In this document: positions 60,108 to 64,000 of the stretch, one piece after another
Layout of the letters: each line of letters opens with the position of its first letter
Position numbering within the stretch: the stretch's first letter is position 1
Assembly: GCA_041659065.1 (NCBI GenBank)
Contig: JBAZYY010000006.1
Location: 1,551 to 65,550, forward strand
Reading direction: 5' to 3'
Length of the DNA: 64,000 nt
From: Parcubacteria group bacterium
GTDB taxonomy: Bacteria > Patescibacteriota > Minisyncoccia > Moranbacterales > UBA11712
Translations under genes and position numbers: made by a program
Notes under the pieces: model-generated
Told to the model about the DNA's origin: nothing
What the model saw: only the letters and a program-made list of their open reading frames with translations
Database searches by the model: none

Positions 60108-61775
60108 ATGCCAGGGATAATCAGCCGCATGCGAAATATGGAATATAAATGGGTTGTTCTTTCAAACACGACCCTGGGAGTAGTTATGGCGGCAATTGAC
60201 GCGAGTATCGTGCTGATTGCTTTGCCTGCCATCTTTCGCGGCATTGGGGTCAATCCGCTTTTGCCGGAAGAATCAAATTATCTTTTGTGGACCATTATGG
60301 GGTATCTTTTGGTGACTTCCGTTCTTTTGGTCACCATCGGGCGTATCTCGGATATGTTCGGGCGCGTGCGCCTTTATAATCTTGGTTTTTTGATATTTGC
60401 CATCGGATCGACGCTGCTTTATCTGACTCAGGGACAGGGTAACTTCGCTGCTTTGCAGATCATTATCTTTCGCATGGTCCAAGCGGTCGGAGGGGCTTTT
60501 CTTTTTGCTAATTCATCAGCGATAATTACTGACGCATTTCCGGAGGAACAGAGGGGGCTGGCGTTGGGCATCAACCAGATGGCGTTTTTGGCCGGGCAGT
60601 TTATCGGCCTGGTGCTCGGTGGAGTCCTAGCAGCTATAAACTGGCGCTATGTCTTCCTGGTGAGTGTCCCTTTCTCGGTCGGGGGAACGATATGGGCTTA
60701 TATCTCTCTTCATGAAGTAGCGCGGAAAAGAGAAAAATCCAAGTTGGATATTCTTGGCAACCTTCTGTTCGCAGGGGGTCTTACGATACTCCTAATCGGT
60801 TTTATATACGGCATCCTGCCTTACGGAAATTCACCTATGGGATGGTCTAATCCAAAGGTAATCGCATCTATCGCATTTGGGCTGCTTCTACTCATTGTTT
60901 TTGTTTTTTTGGAGAGGAAACGGATCGCGCCGATGTTTAAGATGGAGCTCTTTCACATTCCGGTTTTTTGGGCCGGAAACGTCGCATCTTTCCTTTCCTC
61001 GCTTGCGAGAAGTGGTTTGCTGTTCATGCTGATTATATGGATGCAGGGAATTTGGCTGCCTCTGCACGGTTACAATTTTGCAGATACTCCCTTATGGGCC
61101 GGCATATTCATTTTACCTATGACGGCCGGGCTTCTGATAACGGGTCCTATCAGCGGCTATCTTTCTGATCGCTATGGAACCCGCTATTTTACCGTCGGAG
61201 GGATGCTAATTGCACTTCTGGGTTTTATCGGCTTGCTTTTCCTTCCCATAAATTTTTCGTATGGCACTTTTGCTCTGACGATTTTTGTTTTAGGTACCGG
61301 GATGGGGATTTTTTTCTCACCCAATACGGCTTCAATTATGAACTCGGTTCCGCCTGAGTACAGAGGAGTGGCGTCTGGGATGCGATCGACCTTTCTTAAT
61401 GTCTCCAATAGCATTGGCATTGTCCTGATTTTCGCGCTTATTACGATCGGGCTTTCTTCGAGTTTGCCTGGCACGCTCGACAAACAATTGATGGCGGAGG
61501 GTATTCCGGCTTCCACAGCCCTGTCCGTTTCCCATTTGCCGCCGACCAATGCTATTTTTGCCGCGTTCTTGGGTTATAACCCTCTGGGTTCGCTGATCCC
61601 GGCACCGGTTCTTGGAAATCTGTCCGCAGCTGCGAGAAATAATTTATTGAGCAATGAATTTTTTCCAAATCTTTTAGCTGGGCCTTTTCAAAGCGCGACA
61701 ACCTTGGTTTTCTCAATTTCAATTGCATTGTGCATTTTGGCGGCCATAGCCTCATTCATTATCCGGCGTGAATAA
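60108..61775 (+). CDS. MFS transporter, DHA2 (14-TM) type
   Basis: 'IDASIV.IALP', 'GRISDMFGR' motif A, 'RMVQAVGGA' and 'SGYLSDRYG'. Confidence 0.9.
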   Translation: MPGIISRMRNMEYKWVVLSNTTLGVVMAAIDASIVLIALPAIFRGIGVNPLLPEESNYLLWTIMGYLLVTSVLLVTIGRISDMFGRVRLYNLGFLIFAIGSTLLYLTQGQGNFAALQIIIFRMVQAVGGAFLFANSSAIITDAFPEEQRGLALGINQMAFLAGQFIGLVLGGVLAAINWRYVFLVSVPFSVGGTIWAYISLHEVARKREKSKLDILGNLLFAGGLTILLIGFIYGILPYGNSPMGWSNPKVIASIAFGLLLLIVFVFLERKRIAPMFKMELFHIPVFWAGNVASFLSSLARSGLLFMLIIWMQGIWLPLHGYNFADTPLWAGIFILPMTAGLLITGPISGYLSDRYGTRYFTVGGMLIALLGFIGLLFLPINFSYGTFALTIFVLGTGMGIFFSPNTASIMNSVPPEYRGVASGMRSTFLNVSNSIGIVLIFALITIGLSSSLPGTLDKQLMAEGIPASTALSVSHLPPTNAIFAAFLGYNPLGSLIPAPVLGNLSAAARNNLLSNEFFPNLLAGPFQSATTLVFSISIALCILAAIASFIIRRE

Positions 61776-61876
61776 AGCTTTGCGCGAATATTTGCGGCGA
61801 TTTTGCGTAGATTATCAGCTATATTTATGCTTATATAAGGCATAAAAAATCAATGTTTCATGGTTTTGCTGCGATA

Positions 61877-61905
61877 TTGACAAAGCCTTTTTTGTATGCT
61901 ATTAT
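61877..61905 (+). promoter_or_regulatory. sigma70 promoter with extended -10
   Basis: TTGACA-N17-TATTAT with TGn. Confidence 0.7.
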
Positions 61906-61911
61906 TTATGG

Positions 61912-62047
61912 TTAAAAATTGAAATTGCAAGGAAAGAGTTAAGCGTTATTTTTATTATCGGGGAATAGCGTTAGTTGAAATAAGAGCGGTTGGAAGATCT
62001 CTTTCCTTGCAAATTAAGAGAAAAATCTTCCGATCGCTCTTATTTTT
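61912..62047 (+). ncRNA. candidate structured RNA / attenuator
   Basis: Promoter upstream, two competing long helices (14 bp and 21 bp) and a terminal U-run. Confidence 0.4.
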
Positions 62048-62304
62048 GCTAAAAAAATATTGTTTTGCTAAATTTAAAATTTTACGGGGAGAATGATGGA
62101 GGGGAGAAGCGACCAAGAGAAAGATATTAGGCTATTAGTTATTACTTTATACAGCCTTAAATATCGAACTCTTCAGAGCTCTTCTTCATCATTCTCTTCG
62201 CAAGAAGGGAAATGCTCTTTGAGAAAATTTAACTGTCGCAATGTTAAAATTATTTTTTAGTTTTCATTTTCAGGCAGTTAAATAAAAAATACAAAGGAAA
62301 AGCT

Positions 62305-62550
62305 ATGAGGAATCCTTTTGTCTGGGCACTGATTTTGGTCTCTGCCCTATGCGGAACCATGGAGTTTGCGACGTGGGCCCAAGCGCGGGATGTGGAATTT
62401 AAGCAGTTGGCCATTCCGGCAACTGCGAAAATCATTAGTGTCCCCGCTTGTAAGGGAGCGCCGGGATGGAGTATGATTCCCGTCAAAGAGGGCGGGGATA
62501 ACACTAAGAAGCTCAAGCTCACTGCCCCGAAAATCGAGGTCGGCAATTAG
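62305..62550 (+). CDS. small putative exported protein (81 aa)
   Basis: AAAGGA RBS; hydrophobic N-terminus with an 'AQA' signal-peptidase-like site. Confidence 0.55.
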   Translation: MRNPFVWALILVSALCGTMEFATWAQARDVEFKQLAIPATAKIISVPACKGAPGWSMIPVKEGGDNTKKLKLTAPKIEVGN

Positions 62551-62728
62551 GCGGACACTCGCCTCTCAGCGGGAATGGAGCTGGGCCGCAATCTGCTCAA
62601 ATAAATAGACATCGCGGATAATATTTGCGAATGCCTGGAGGCAGAGTCGTAGTCGACTCTGCCCCTCATCTGAATTTATTAATTGCAAGATTTGTAAATT
62701 CAGATGAGGGAACTTTATCTCGAGTAAT

Positions 62729-62758
62729 AAAACAACGGATTTAGATATCCGTTGTTTT
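62729..62758. terminator. bidirectional terminator
   Basis: AAAACAACGGAT-TTAGAT-ATCCGTTGTTTT. Confidence 0.75.
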
Positions 62759-62785
62759 CGTATCCAGAAAATATTCCTTAAAAGA

Positions 62786-64000
62786 CTATTCTAAATGGAC
62801 TTCTTTATCAAATTTATCTAAAATTTCTTTCAGCGCTGGGAATTTTTCGAGTTTTGGATCAAATTCGAATAAACTTTGGGCTTCAATGCGGGCTTGTTGA
62901 ATCAGTTTCACGTCATGCAAATATTGCATAGCGCTGTCCGGCCGGCCGGATTGGCGGACGCCGATGAATTGCCCCGGACCGCGAATTTCCAGATCCTTTT
63001 CCGCGAGCTTAAAGCCGTCTTCAGATTCAGTCAGAGCTTTCAATCTTTTATTAGTCGCGGCAGACGATGATCCAGTGAATAAAAAACAATGGGACTGGTA
63101 ATCAGATCTCCCGACCCGGCCGCGGAATTGATGAAGCTGGGACAGGCCGAAACGTTCCGAGCCCTCGATGACCATAATTGTCGCGTTGGGAACATCCACG
63201 CCCACTTCAATAACCGAAGTCGAAACTAAAATGTCATATTTTCTATTTTTAAAATCCCGCATAATTTCCTCTTTGTCCTTTGATTTCAGGTGGCCGTGAA
63301 GAAGTCCGATTTTGAGTTTCGGAAAAATATTTTTGGACAAATTTTCGTGTTCTTTGGTCGCGGCTTTTCCTTCTATTTTTTCAGATTCGTCGATGAGGGG
63401 GTAGATGAAAAAAGCCTGGCGCCCTGCGGCGATTTCTTGGCGAATTAAATCATAAACCTTCTTCTGGTTGTCTGGCGTAATGATCTCGGTAATAATTTTT
63501 TTCCGGCCCTGGGGCAATTCGTCTAGCAGGGAAATATCGAGATTTCCAAAAAACGCCAAGGCTAAAGTTCGAGGAATAGGCGTCGCAGTCATCGTGAGAA
63601 GATGCGGGACGGTATTTTTCAGCCCGTCTTTAATTACAGAAGCTTGTTTTTGCAGATGGGCGCGTTGCGCGACTCCGAAACGGTGCTGTTCGTCAATAAT
63701 AACCAGCGCCAGATTTTTAAACACTACGTCTTTTTGAATGAGGGCATGAGTGCCGATAAGGATTTTAATTTCTCCCCGGCGGATTTTCCCCAAAAAATTC
63801 TTGCGAGTATTCTTTTTCCAAAAAGTTCGGCTTTCGTTCGCCGTCAAAAGTCCCACTTTTTGTGAAAAACCTTTAAGCACTTTCCCGAATGTCTCAAAAT
63901 GCTGTTTAGCCAGCACTTCGGTTGGAGCGAGGATGGCCGTTTGATAGCCCGCCATCATTGCTTCAAGAGCCACAATGGCGGCCACGACTGTTTTCCCGGA
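62786..64000 (-). CDS. recG: ATP-dependent DNA helicase RecG (5' part outside window)
   Basis: 'APTEVLA.QH', DEQH, 'MTATPIPRT', 'LHQFRGRVGR' and 'DLEIRGPG'. Confidence 0.96.
   Translation of the reverse strand, partial: SGKTVVAAIVALEAMMAGYQTAILAPTEVLAKQHFETFGKVLKGFSQKVGLLTANESRTFWKKNTRKNFLGKIRRGEIKILIGTHALIQKDVVFKNLALVIIDEQHRFGVAQRAHLQKQASVIKDGLKNTVPHLLTMTATPIPRTLALAFFGNLDISLLDELPQGRKKIITEIITPDNQKKVYDLIRQEIAAGRQAFFIYPLIDESEKIEGKAATKEHENLSKNIFPKLKIGLLHGHLKSKDKEEIMRDFKNRKYDILVSTSVIEVGVDVPNATIMVIEGSERFGLSQLHQFRGRVGRSDYQSHCFLFTGSSSAATNKRLKALTESEDGFKLAEKDLEIRGPGQFIGVRQSGRPDSAMQYLHDVKLIQQARIEAQSLFEFDPKLEKFPALKEILDKFDKEVHLE

Overview
64 kb of AT-rich bacterial chromosome using the standard genetic code (TGA = stop). 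Gene content suggests a Patescibacteria/CPR (Parcubacteria-like) genome; this is inference. The clues are four TrmB-family regulators, a secG-coupled orphan peptide-binding protein, HQ-box histidine kinases, a type IV pilus operon without a secretin in the window, VanW/PrsW/GT39 envelope genes and tRNAs mostly lacking encoded CCA. The window holds a GDP-mannose/sugar-nucleotide cluster, trpS, secG, rnj, uvrA, a CIRCE-preceded solo groEL, purH, a LysA-fold gene, the pilus operon, a receiver-FIST-binding protein-kinase signalling operon, hsp20, tsaD, HU, mpg, an MFS transporter, partial recG and six intact tRNAs. The most striking feature is a complete tRNA-Lys(CUU) nested, between 14-bp inverted repeats, inside the T-loop of a second, split tRNA-Lys(CUU). 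Other notable features are a 166-bp att-like mini-element at tRNA-Glu, a LysA homolog lacking its PLP lysine, a ribbon-helix-helix/nucleotidyltransferase fusion next to a palindromic operator, an unannotated 57-aa Cys-rich microprotein, repeat insertions translated inside tsaD and mpg, and a promoter-driven switch-like structured RNA near 61.9 kb. No database searches were run.
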